The translations under genes were made by a program, and so were the position numbers. Positions 12,001-17,466 of a DNA stretch of 24,897 nucleotides are shown piece after piece (position 1 is the first letter of the stretch; every line of letters starts with the position of its first letter). The DNA comes from a virus (taxonomy: Duplodnaviria; Caudoviricetes), in the IMG/VR virus record IMGVR_UViG_3300006867_000087, positions 1 to 24,897 of that record, one strand, 5' to 3'. The notes beneath the pieces were generated by a model that worked only from the letters and a program-made list of their open reading frames with translations, did not search any database and was not told the DNA's origin.

Positions 12001-13467
12001 CTTAGCTCTTGAAGATTCGTCAATTGAAATATTTGTACCTAATATTCTCGACGTTTCTTCGATAACATCTTTATGAAACCACCTATTGTATCTGCTCCAT
12101 AGATTTCCGTCATTGCTTGCTCTATTAATTACAATATAATCTTTGTTTACTGGATATCCTAATGCTTCACTGAAAGGAAAGAAATCAAATTCTTGATTAT
12201 CAAACGGTACAACAATGTCATCTGTAAACAATCCACTTACAGTTAAATCATCTTGGCTTACTAGTCGTATTTTGTCGCCAACACCTTCAACATACCATTG
12301 TCCTGATGCATATTTTGCAGGAGTTATTTCGCCTGCAAATTCTAATTTCATACCATTTGAAAACGTCCACCCGTCAGCAGTTGTATAACTTTTTTTACCT
12401 ATAATGTCTTTTTCTACGTCTAAGAATGTATTTTCGTCAATATCAAATATTCTTATAAATCCACTTACATTTGGATCATTTTTTGAAATGTAATATAACT
12501 TATCCGGTGCCGTATCAGGAATAGTAAACTCAATTATTCCCTTTTCAATAAAAACATTAGATATTGTGTTACCGTCTGCATCTGTTTTTGTTATTCCAGT
12601 TTCATATATCAGTGACGAATTTACAGCATCGCCAAACTGTAGACTTGCTAGAGCTTCTTCTTGGCTCACAGGATCTTTGATAAATCCGCCTGCATCGTAC
12701 AAAGTACCGTCTTGGTCATAGAAAAATAGATCAAATAACCCATCGCTTCTTATACCATCTGATGTTTCTACTATTACTGCTTCGCCCGGAGTAAAACTTT
12801 TTTTAGTTGCAAACGCAATAGGATAACTAGGCGTATTAATTTCAAATCTATAAGTTTGTCCTCTGTATAGTTTTAGTGTCGGATTATTGGTTTGCCCATC
12901 TGGATTAAAAATGTAAGTTAAATTATCTACATTGTCATTTAATTCAACTGTGTAAGTACTAGTAACTCCTTTTGCTTGACCAGTTACTGTAAGTAATTCG
13001 GGTCCTGCTGGCAACCAATAATATTCTCTATAGTTTGTAAACTTATCCCAATCTATGTTAGGATTCCAAGTGTAAAATTCTTGTGCGTTTAAATTACTAT
13101 GATTATCTGTGTTTCCGCCTAAAAACTTTATAGTGTTTATGTAATCATTATAATCTTTGTAAAAGTCTATGTTATTGAGATTGTCTTTAATTACAGCCGC
13201 AGGTTCTAACTGATAGTCTTCTCTGCTTTTTGAAACAGCACCAACATAATTATCACTAGGTAAGAATGCTTTTGTAGCCTTTCTACCAATGTAACCATTT
13301 AATTTTTCAGCAACGCCTGGCTGTATTAATTGGTCAAGTGTGCTTGATAAAAACTTACTATTGAAAGAAGTTCTAAAATATCTTGGTAAGTGGTTTTCAC
13401 TTTTTCTTCTTATACTATTGTTTCCGCCTGGAAGTGCTGGTTCCTTTTGGTCATTATCGTAAGCCAT
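1..13467 (-). CDS. Giant multi-domain virion structural protein (>=4489 aa, 3' end outside window); probable gp7/gpI-equivalent baseplate wedge scaffold
   Basis: ATG at 13467 overlaps the gp6 stop (TAATG). Read by hand, the frame has no stop down to position 1: MAYDNDQKEPALPGGNNSIRRKSENHLPRYFRTSFNSKFLSSTLDQLIQPG...TDRPHTNPWEMLGFSVKPTWWETQYGPAPYT...HQRNFLKTL. It is presumably absent from the ORF track because it has no stop in the window. It lies directly after gp6, as gene 7 does in T4, and has FYQGFILDKGT and EEVKP motifs reminiscent of gp7/P2 gpI. The ORF is secure; the function is inferred. Confidence 0.9.
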   Translation of the reverse strand, partial: MAYDNDQKEPALPGGNNSIRRKSENHLPRYFRTSFNSKFLSSTLDQLIQPGVAEKLNGYIGRKATKAFLPSDNYVGAVSKSREDYQLEPAAVIKDNLNNIDFYKDYNDYINTIKFLGGNTDNHSNLNAQEFYTWNPNIDWDKFTNYREYYWLPAGPELLTVTGQAKGVTSTYTVELNDNVDNLTYIFNPDGQTNNPTLKLYRGQTYRFEINTPSYPIAFATKKSFTPGEAVIVETSDGIRSDGLFDLFFYDQDGTLYDAGGFIKDPVSQEEALASLQFGDAVNSSLIYETGITKTDADGNTISNVFIEKGIIEFTIPDTAPDKLYYISKNDPNVSGFIRIFDIDENTFLDVEKDIIGKKSYTTADGWTFSNGMKLEFAGEITPAKYASGQWYVEGVGDKIRLVSQDDLTVSGLFTDDIVVPFDNQEFDFFPFSEALGYPVNKDYIVINRASNDGNLWSRYNRWFHKDVIEETSRILGTNISIDESSRAKRPIIEFDPNIKLYNFGTRTKADVDLVDTFTKDIFTTIEGSQGYNIDGVNLTNGMRVLFTADEDLLVSGKIYTVRFINFKNKTQISLVEDTDSAPLENETVLVKFGTQYSGEFFFYNGTQWKQGQRKTKVNQQPLFELYDDTGKSFADTTVYNSTTFSGNNIFSYKVGTRATDSELGFPLTYRSIENVGDIVYEFNLLQDSFTYQIGTDLFTKTTDTGYLRKYTDRTTFSYINGWTKSADLSTQNVLRQYIFDNTTSNFYIDVYDNNDFINDLWIRVYLNNKLLNQNIDFTVNQDANNRSYISIIQDLNLDDVILIKTRSKYPKNENGYYEIPTNLEKNPLNENLNEFTLGEVNDHVASIVEEINNFSGIFPGPSNLRDLGQLNIYGRKFLKHSGPINLSLYHLISDESNVVKALRFAKREYGKFKRQFLEVANTLGYEGPTKQHVDLILKEMNKDKTSAMPFYFSDMVPQGGFTTTAFEIEDIDEQFFALSQIFSLDELSRKAVQVYQNGIQLVHGIDYTFNSEGFAVVTSTKSIGDVIEIYEYDSTNGSFMPPTPTKLGMYPAYIPRIYNDSTTSNNIKVIEGHDGSKFVAFDDFRDNLLLELEKRIYNNIKIKYDPTLVDIHDFLSGDSRDTGFSKQQIDNPMTKDFLQWNQLVDGNYVTNSTFNRNNPFTWNYSNATSYAGGTLPGYWRQAYLRAYDTDRPHTNPWEMLGFSVKPTWWETQYGPAPYTRNNKLLWNDMRDGIVREPNKPIVVHPKYVRPNLYSILPVNDEGELLDPNASGVAVSFNPGDISSNWKYGDGGPIESAWRRSSEYPFSVFISWILNQPNSIFSTGFDRQRQKRNLANQIVYGDTGIQTKLSNLIFPNTIEDTEQVFTSGLVNYVANYMTSNTTSSYTQYKSNLKSITNQIGAKIAGYSDKDKFRLILDSRTPTNEGNVFIPTENYQLILNTSSPIETINYSGVIIEKLINGYSISGYDDTNPSFTYYKPVKQKNDPVIDIGGVSQPFVNFAERKTYATGQIVLDNGSYYRAKETHTSETTLDTDKFVRLPALPTVGGRRATFSKIYENKKTVLNYGSVFSTIQEVVDFLLGYGQYLVLQGFVFEDRIENSNVVNDWNTTAKQFMFWTTQNWGAGALLTLSPGANKIILNTEFSVVDDIFHNFYGYSVLKADGKKLEPEFLRIEKGVDNKCTVRVVNTADGIYNIRLPLVQKEHVVLLDNKTVFDDIIYDAAPGYRQERIKVLGYRTDNWNGSLNIPGFIYDNARPTEWEAWKDYSIGDLVKYKEFFYSADKKVSGKEFFDSDDWNRLAKEPIPGLLTNFDYKINQFADFYDLDSDNFDTEQQRLAQHLIGYQKRQYLENIINDDVSQYKFYQGFILDKGTKNALNKLFDALASANQDSLSFYEEWAVKDGQYGASEGFEEVEYTLDENKFRLDPQPVLLTNEGQQETDLVYRIKEYETYLKSNNYDHSPFPTTYISKGYTKDAGFVNPENVDVTVGVYDDILNLNFVDIKNQGYVWVQNYNKTWTVLQHTISDYTIESITPGSNEFTVKVDKTPLDINTGDILGITDVTVTSFNPAGPDDSTLLLSQTTDPLEGFFKVKSVSLNNIVFESTDSVNEIEKCSGLITKLISVRQEDITSANILAEQEISKNEKIWIDDAGNGKWAVLENKNSFDPLQEISNTETGAGHNYGASIAADDRNVIMAVGAPSNEHGKVFVYNRSSNSLNYQLQQVLEPTANISAAEQKFGYSVSLSEDGKYLLVGAPEASNVRTDFKETFDGSTNYDAGDIVRLNNSLWQADIDILGAVTNIEFSSFDSVAQINYDLNLIGQDSEKIPVLLTGDYPFKNITTDHFLVKAPKDMYGGSGVDDKLFLRWNSLANANQTQINLTSLAPFAGTVPHIDKQFIESAHTIFYKVDAILFVDASNNIPQIGDTVTTAGATGNVVYTHNEDAQVTIYVNDVNGEFPRENSLFIDGNDFVGEYERVGPGEDTDTSQKYGGYWFIRTGENYQVGETNSDPALGLVYTDIISEISGGDSTSSGNYYYQSLDYQTNVQSSENVLNNFIQTLSFQGSPGPFGNTDPILSRKFVVRVPADLSSDPAVTIGSEVNLYINNLPDTTTTISFTNPIDLVKNEVLVQANTGASVRVLETVTNSLTVKVDTVIGNFNTADLLSGSTSGALGVRPTNVPVVGFLDDPNNIGLTFEQTNKTQTIVDVWDGYISYRNTKFLNGEPFEPLVGQTVRDVSTLATAEVVYYQRSLNDVTIWVKNVTGNWSNGNQFADNAEIEFLPFPSGPNPDVYGRPGIYTVPRVIGQIQRVSLGLPSAGIGKMFVFETTSNIPLVSGDFRTASQLGGTLVINPATSTFSYFESNNNFEYWLYKEGTVLGIARDANTPNANNLDWTEVYIIPTSTSGSSSSFNNEGIYYVYQKNTGGRFELINSYISPDRSDNQYFGTKVAVTKNANNLYRGFINAPGQQNLSDPGKIYFIKNGTENNITYNWEYAKNKNFKGEFDDTQRYFVGDIVYLGNRLYNAATNINPGPFNNLEWDSTDDLIDYVGYVPNDTGLTVVTDSSYTVENPYDPTQLQAGDSTVLDQSNLVEFGSQYDISKNGEVLVVAAKYSDKPNLAVVYRNVQGQYVWSQQISSPSVTEAYGDQIAISNDGKLLAVSAPLDDTTKNNQGKIYIYRQVNGAFEYSQTLNSPLNNTFEFFGNTIDFDGNRLLVNAKNGDNKEFVTFDVHSDILEGRVLDKTSKLNDSATTFDQGFTNFSQEFEDQGSAYIYENINGKLIYAQSLKYQPQGEDNPLYSFGRNIHLKNNHAYVGLPKVSSNTLYVGTVVDFRLPDNKNVYEYLSLPKDPVNVQKIKRVILYNTKTNNLLTYLDYIDPIQGKVAGAAEENLRYKTYYDPAVYSVGNSDSVVVNPVNSWGPDQVGQLWWNLTNAKFLNPYQSNVIYSANNWNTLAQGSSIDIYEWVESTVLPSVWDASVDQDESNAAGIDGTSVYGDAIYSTRQVYDDISQSLQTKYYFWVQNKRTLPDKEFRTLSSQAVAELIEDPKGQGYRYATLISDNSFAVYNCDNLLEGKDVAIGIQYWTIDNQNINIHNQYQIITEGLETSRPNRDIERKWFDSLIGYDEQGRQVPAPNLSPKVKYGILNSPRQSWFENKSEALKQLIERVNGVLKTNLIVDNKDFTRLLTRDPEPSLASRRYDTTANTVADLEFIGVAKAQQATMTLQITDGVITKVNVLNPGRGYLQAPTYKITGTGSGAELEFTINNLGVITNVNILKGGSNYSDTDTITIRKYTVLVENDETIQGKWALYERDSERRIWQRIASQAFDTSLYWDYIDWYANGFNQFTETNFIIDNAYELQGLDDSLGDIIKINNIGTGGWLLLRKIDVQDDVDYTVNYETIGRQNGTIKFKSTLYDTRASAVGFDIVSFDSQFYDSVPSTEIRNILTSIKEDLYTEELSIEYNRLFFASLRYVFSEQNYVDWAFKTSFVKARHNVGELREDITFNNDSLPSYEKYLEEVKPFKTKLREYVSAYEKTEDTNSRITDFDLQPSFNNDTNQIEPQNVKLIDNNLIGINDKLNSYPYKNWTDNVGFKVTSIEIADGGQGYQVAPTIRLSGGGGTGASALAKLGANGRISKIEVTSQGAGYLSAPTLEIVGSINEGGRAAKASVIIGESLPRSITNKIKYDRVSGVDFITTLNETETFIGTGSKYIFDLKWPMDLKNINVEVLVNNILLLRSEYKFSNQKDTTKGYTRYKGRIELTEPATNGISIVVNYKKDINLLTAADRINLAYNPETGQFAKDLGQLMDGVDYGGVEVKSFDFGGPNGWDTGPWFTSEYDTYDTTYEDEVFLLDGSTISIQLTKPLENGVQYNIYLNDVRIDDPNFGTGNPVTNPNAICQSITGDGVQTTIFLDNDGLNINGEGSPLDSEYNNGALIAENNGTVFDRALTVNGLKLVVAGAVGGQLAVPDEWALKTARTFELMTDPNGAGINTTHQRNFLKTL
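3500..6939 (-). other. Seven FG-GAP (integrin-alpha-like) repeats within the giant ORF; interrupted beta-propeller
   Basis: Blades: YGASIAADDRNVIMAVGAP (~6939), FGYSVSLSEDGKYLLVGAP (~6771), FGTKVAV..FINAP (~4662), FGSQYDISKNGEVLVVAA (~4218), YGDQIAISNDGKLLAVSAP (~4065), FGNTIDFDGNRLLVNA (~3894), FGRNIHLKNNHAYVGLP (~3600). Most are followed by a G-x-(V/I/A)-(Y/F)-(V/I)-Y strand. Confidence 0.75.
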
Positions 13468-16400
13468 TAATAACTACTGCCTCCACTGCTACTGCTTGAA
13501 CTGCTTGAACTGCTTGAACTTGTTGATCCGTTGCTTGTGCTAGATGTAATACCTGCATTAACTGTTGTTCCAGATGTAATTACAGTGCCGCTAGCATTTA
13601 GCCTACTAGCTGTAACAGCATCGATAATTTCTAAATTATTAACAGTTGCACCACTTATAAAGATTTCATCTACTTCTGATTTTATTTCTTGTAGAGATCC
13701 AAAACTCTGTGTTTCTTGTTCCGGTACTATTACAAATGTTACAATATCCGGCGACAGTTGATTCATCACATATGTCGCTAGTTCAGTAAAATAAAACTTC
13801 TCTCCAAAGTCCCAATTTTCTAGTGCAAAAAATTGATTAATAGCACTTATGACTCTAGATTTAACGTCATTGTCATTTAAAACTAGATCAGGATTTTTAA
13901 CAATTTTAAATTTTGCTTGCAAATCTAGGTCTGCCTTTGATCCAAATAATACTTTATACTTAACTGGATGAAAAACAATTTCATCACTTAATGATTTGAT
14001 TAAACTTAGTTGAGGATAATAACTTAAGAATAAACTATCACTTGACGGCGGTAAAGGTTTGGTAGTTATTGTACCGTCTAGGAATTTTCTAAAACTAGTG
14101 TCGTAATTTCTTGTTAACAAATATGTGTCAATAATATTACTTGCGCTAGGATCAATACGTGAACTAGAATCTGCAGCATGTATGTACTGGAATTTAAGTT
14201 TATCTCTACCAATCTGCGCACGATAGTTTACATTTTGTTCTAGAGCACCTAAAGTTTCGTTGTAAGAATTAAAAATGTTTTCGTTTACAAAATAAAATAT
14301 TTGTCCGTTATTGTAAGAACTTAATGCACCTACAGCATCTTTTGTTTGCAGAACAACAATATTTTCTATTGCATTATCAACATAATTGAAATCTTCAACA
14401 CCATCAGTAGTTAATATTTTCTTTTGGAAGACGTATTTTTCTAAAGGATTTGTATCTTCGTCTACTATAACATCAAAAATATCAGGATCATCAACTACAC
14501 CATCTTCATCATCATCAAAAAATGTTACTTCTACTTTTTTACTGTTTACATAACCTTCTGCGTCACGATATTCTTTAGTTATTTCCCAATCGTAATTAAC
14601 AGTAAAACTGTCAACACTGTCTGGTTTGTTATTGTTATTTAGAACTGTGATTTTATCTTTTACTATTTTTCCTGTTTGGTTGTTATAGATTTTATCACTG
14701 CTGTCATAATAAAAACGTATTTCTTGATCGCTTTCAAAAACGTATCTAGATCCTCTATATTCTATAGTATAAGTTTCACCATCGTTTGTAAACAAAAGTA
14801 ACCAACTCGCATCAAGTTGTGCATTTGTACTGTCGCCAGTTTTACCAGTATTAAATTCTCCTGTAGAATTTAAATTATTTTCAGTAATCACACGCCACTG
14901 TCCAAGATCTACATCAAATCTTAAACCAAATGTTTTATACGCAAAAATTTGATCTATAACTTGTGTTTTGATATCTGCTTCAAGTGCTTGAGGAAGAAAA
15001 GGCTTTATTTCTGTTAAAATTGCATCGCTAGGTATTATATCATTAAATGTTACAGGACCTATACCATCTGTAAGTTCTGTACCGTTGCCTAAAACATTAA
15101 CAACTTTCACCCATTTATAAGTTCTAGAATTTAGATGATCTGCTGCTCCGCTCATTAGAGTTCCATCTGGCATAAAGTGCTTGCCTGTAGGAGCCTCAAA
15201 TTTTAATAACGATCCTGGTTTTACTAATTTTAATACACTGGTGGTAAAGTTCCCTAACAGTTGTCTAATCTCATTCACGTTTTTAAAGTAACCAGTAGAT
15301 AAATTTGTATCTGTACTAGTTTGCACCCAAGAAATATTTAGATCAGCAGTGTCTACTTTAGGAAATTTTACAAGATAATAATTTTTAACTGTTTTGCTTG
15401 ATAATATTGGTTCAATAGTATTTGCAATTATTCCTTCTACGTCTGTTTGCGATATAAATGTAAAACTTTCTAAATTTCTTGTAAATTCTTTGTATATTAC
15501 ACCGTCGGTTCCAAATAAATTAGTTTTAGAATATTTTCCTGTTGCATCTAGTAAATCAAAATATCTACTAATTCCGCTTGCAGTTCTGTTTACACTTTTT
15601 GTTTTGATAATCTCTTGGCTTATTCCAAGCGGCCCAATTTGATAATCTTCTGCTGTAACTAGTCTATTCTGTGTATAATAAGTTGCAGGAGCTCTTTGTC
15701 TGATATTAGCATTTGATTCTGATGTTGAAGCATTATCTACAGTGTCTTGCAAACTAAAGGTCATTGTTAAAGTTTCTTGTTTGCCGCTTCTAGTTAGATA
15801 ATTTACATCAATGCTTATACCGCGCATGTCTTTAGGGTCTACTACAAGTCTACGATTTTTACTTGTTCTGTAGTATACTCTAAAACTTCCTTGTGGTAGA
15901 TTTCCAAAAACACCGTCTGAAAATATAACACTGATTCTATCATCTATTCGTGTAAGTACACTATAGATGTTTCTAATGTTTTTATTGATACTGTTATAGA
16001 TAACATTATTACCTTCAACTGCATCTAGTTTTGTCCATTGTTCAATTTCATTTCCAAAACTATCTAACTTGTACAACCAAACGTCTGAGTTGTTTACATT
16101 TGTTGCATCAATAGCAACTACTTGATTAGAGCTAGGATTTGTAATATTAAATGTACCTTGATCTAGTGTACCTTGTCTAAAGTGACAGAAAAATCCATTG
16201 TTAGAACTTGAAGGACCTCTACCATCATTTCTATACAAAAACGCAAAATTGTTTCCAGGGAATGGAGATTCTTCTGAAATGATACCTTTATTGATATCAG
16301 TACTTACTATTTCAAATCTAGTTGTAGATCCATCTACAGGCTTACTAAAACTGTATGCTGGAACGTCAGTATTGGTGCTGTTAAATCTATATTGTTCTGT

Positions 16401-16949
16401 AGGTATTCCGTTGACTGATTCTTGTTTTACCGGTCTACCAAATGTACCGTTAACAGGAAGTCCTGCATTTAATACTTTTATAAACTGTTCAAACCAATCA
16501 GGATTACTAGGATCATTCCAAAGTATTGTTTGATTTTCTAAATTAATATTGTTACTATCAAAAATAGTTTCTGTACTCTGTACACTTTCAATTTTTAGTA
16601 AACCGTTTGCAGCTTGATTACGCTTAGGATTATAGGAAAGCAGTCTTGCAAGTCGCAACACACTTTCTCTTCGTTCTGCAAGTTCGAGATAGTTTTCTCT
16701 AGCATTTAGATCCACCCTGAATGCTAAATTTTGTCCAAGATATGCAATAAGGTCAATTAAAGCAAGATATTCAGAACTTTCAATATAATCGTTAAAATCC
16801 TCAGGATAGTTTTCTCTCAAATACGAGATCATTGTCCTGCGTAAATTGTCAAAATCATAGCTCTGGAAATCTGCATTTCTATAGCTTTGATAAATGCGTT
16901 TCCAGTCTTCAGCTACTAATAATCTATTTTGTCTATCTGTTGATGACAT
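13467..16949 (-). CDS. gp6: Baseplate wedge subunit, T4 gp6-like (1160 aa)
   Basis: The N-terminus SYDFDNLRRTMISYLR..DFNDYIESSEYLALIDLIAY..ENYLELAERRESVLRLARLLSYNPKR, the internal IFSDGVFGNLP and APATYYTQNRLVTAEDY are gp6/gpJ-family motifs. It follows gp25 and has an AGAGGA Shine-Dalgarno upstream. Confidence 0.9.
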   Translation of the reverse strand: MSSTDRQNRLLVAEDWKRIYQSYRNADFQSYDFDNLRRTMISYLRENYPEDFNDYIESSEYLALIDLIAYLGQNLAFRVDLNARENYLELAERRESVLRLARLLSYNPKRNQAANGLLKIESVQSTETIFDSNNINLENQTILWNDPSNPDWFEQFIKVLNAGLPVNGTFGRPVKQESVNGIPTEQYRFNSTNTDVPAYSFSKPVDGSTTRFEIVSTDINKGIISEESPFPGNNFAFLYRNDGRGPSSSNNGFFCHFRQGTLDQGTFNITNPSSNQVVAIDATNVNNSDVWLYKLDSFGNEIEQWTKLDAVEGNNVIYNSINKNIRNIYSVLTRIDDRISVIFSDGVFGNLPQGSFRVYYRTSKNRRLVVDPKDMRGISIDVNYLTRSGKQETLTMTFSLQDTVDNASTSESNANIRQRAPATYYTQNRLVTAEDYQIGPLGISQEIIKTKSVNRTASGISRYFDLLDATGKYSKTNLFGTDGVIYKEFTRNLESFTFISQTDVEGIIANTIEPILSSKTVKNYYLVKFPKVDTADLNISWVQTSTDTNLSTGYFKNVNEIRQLLGNFTTSVLKLVKPGSLLKFEAPTGKHFMPDGTLMSGAADHLNSRTYKWVKVVNVLGNGTELTDGIGPVTFNDIIPSDAILTEIKPFLPQALEADIKTQVIDQIFAYKTFGLRFDVDLGQWRVITENNLNSTGEFNTGKTGDSTNAQLDASWLLLFTNDGETYTIEYRGSRYVFESDQEIRFYYDSSDKIYNNQTGKIVKDKITVLNNNNKPDSVDSFTVNYDWEITKEYRDAEGYVNSKKVEVTFFDDDEDGVVDDPDIFDVIVDEDTNPLEKYVFQKKILTTDGVEDFNYVDNAIENIVVLQTKDAVGALSSYNNGQIFYFVNENIFNSYNETLGALEQNVNYRAQIGRDKLKFQYIHAADSSSRIDPSASNIIDTYLLTRNYDTSFRKFLDGTITTKPLPPSSDSLFLSYYPQLSLIKSLSDEIVFHPVKYKVLFGSKADLDLQAKFKIVKNPDLVLNDNDVKSRVISAINQFFALENWDFGEKFYFTELATYVMNQLSPDIVTFVIVPEQETQSFGSLQEIKSEVDEIFISGATVNNLEIIDAVTASRLNASGTVITSGTTVNAGITSSTSNGSTSSSSSSSSSSSSGGSSY
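13491..13520. repeat. Tandem 9-mer (ACTGCTTGA)x3.3 encoding the poly-Ser tail of gp6
   Basis: Copies at 13491, 13500 and 13509 plus a partial copy at 13518. On the minus strand the unit reads TCA AGC AGT (Ser-Ser-Ser). Confidence 0.85.
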
Positions 16950-16961
16950 GTACTTTTTCCT

Positions 16962-16999
16962 CTATACAATATTTAGCAGAATGAATAATATGCGTAGTT
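16962..16999 (-). promoter_or_regulatory. Putative late promoter of gp6 and the giant gene: AACTACG-N16-CTAAATA-N3-TATAG
   Basis: Minus strand reads AACTACG CATATTATTCATTCTG CTAAATA TTG TATAG. The TAAATA core resembles the T4 late promoter TATAAATA. The same blocks and spacing recur at 22855-22892. Confidence 0.7.
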
Positions 17000-17001
17000 A
17001 A

Positions 17002-17454
17002 TTATGTATTTAAAAAACCGTTGTTCTGGTCAAAAGTCAAACGCATTTGTTCTGATATATTATATGGTAGATATGTTAAATTAACTTCAACCTGCAAACC
17101 ACTTTCATACTGGTCTACTATGATATTATTGACTTTTACCCTACGGTCATAATTAACAATATTAGAAACATTTTCTATTATGGCTTTTTTCATATCATCT
17201 GTAAATGGTTCAAATAATGCGTCCCATATTATTGTGCCAAATTCAGGATCGCTTAGTTTTTCCCCTTGACGTATATGAAAATGATTGATAATATCCTGTT
17301 TAATTAAAGCAAGATCGTACAAAACTTTAGTAGAATTACCTGGATTTACAGTGCTTATGCCACGATATGTTCTTGAACCGGGTATATCTGATTTTTGTTT
17401 TCTAGCAGAAGGTACTGTAATTTGCTTGTACAACTGTTTTTCTAAATTGCTCAT
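17002..17454 (-). CDS. gp25: Baseplate wedge / sheath initiator, gp25 (GPW/gp25 family), 150 aa
   Basis: LIKQDIINHFHIRQGEKLSDPEFGTIIWDALFEP and YDRRVKV match the gp25 signature (GER..PEFG....LFEP, EPRV). Located between the spike gene and gp6. Confidence 0.9.
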   Translation of the reverse strand: MSNLEKQLYKQITVPSARKQKSDIPGSRTYRGISTVNPGNSTKVLYDLALIKQDIINHFHIRQGEKLSDPEFGTIIWDALFEPFTDDMKKAIIENVSNIVNYDRRVKVNNIIVDQYESGLQVEVNLTYLPYNISEQMRLTFDQNNGFLNT

Positions 17455-17458
17455 AACG

Positions 17459-17465
17459 TATTTAC
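17459..17465 (-). promoter_or_regulatory. Putative late promoter core GTAAATA immediately upstream of gp25
   Basis: Minus strand reads TAA G GTAAATA CGTT ATG. TAAATA occupies the 12-nt intergenic gap, 4 nt before the start codon. Confidence 0.5.
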
Positions 17466-17466
17466 C

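Noticed and set aside
1-13466. Stop-codon reassignment or a non-coding/pseudogene region to explain the apparent 13-kb gene desert
   Set aside because: The region is one open frame in the standard code. It lacks only its stop codon because of the window edge.
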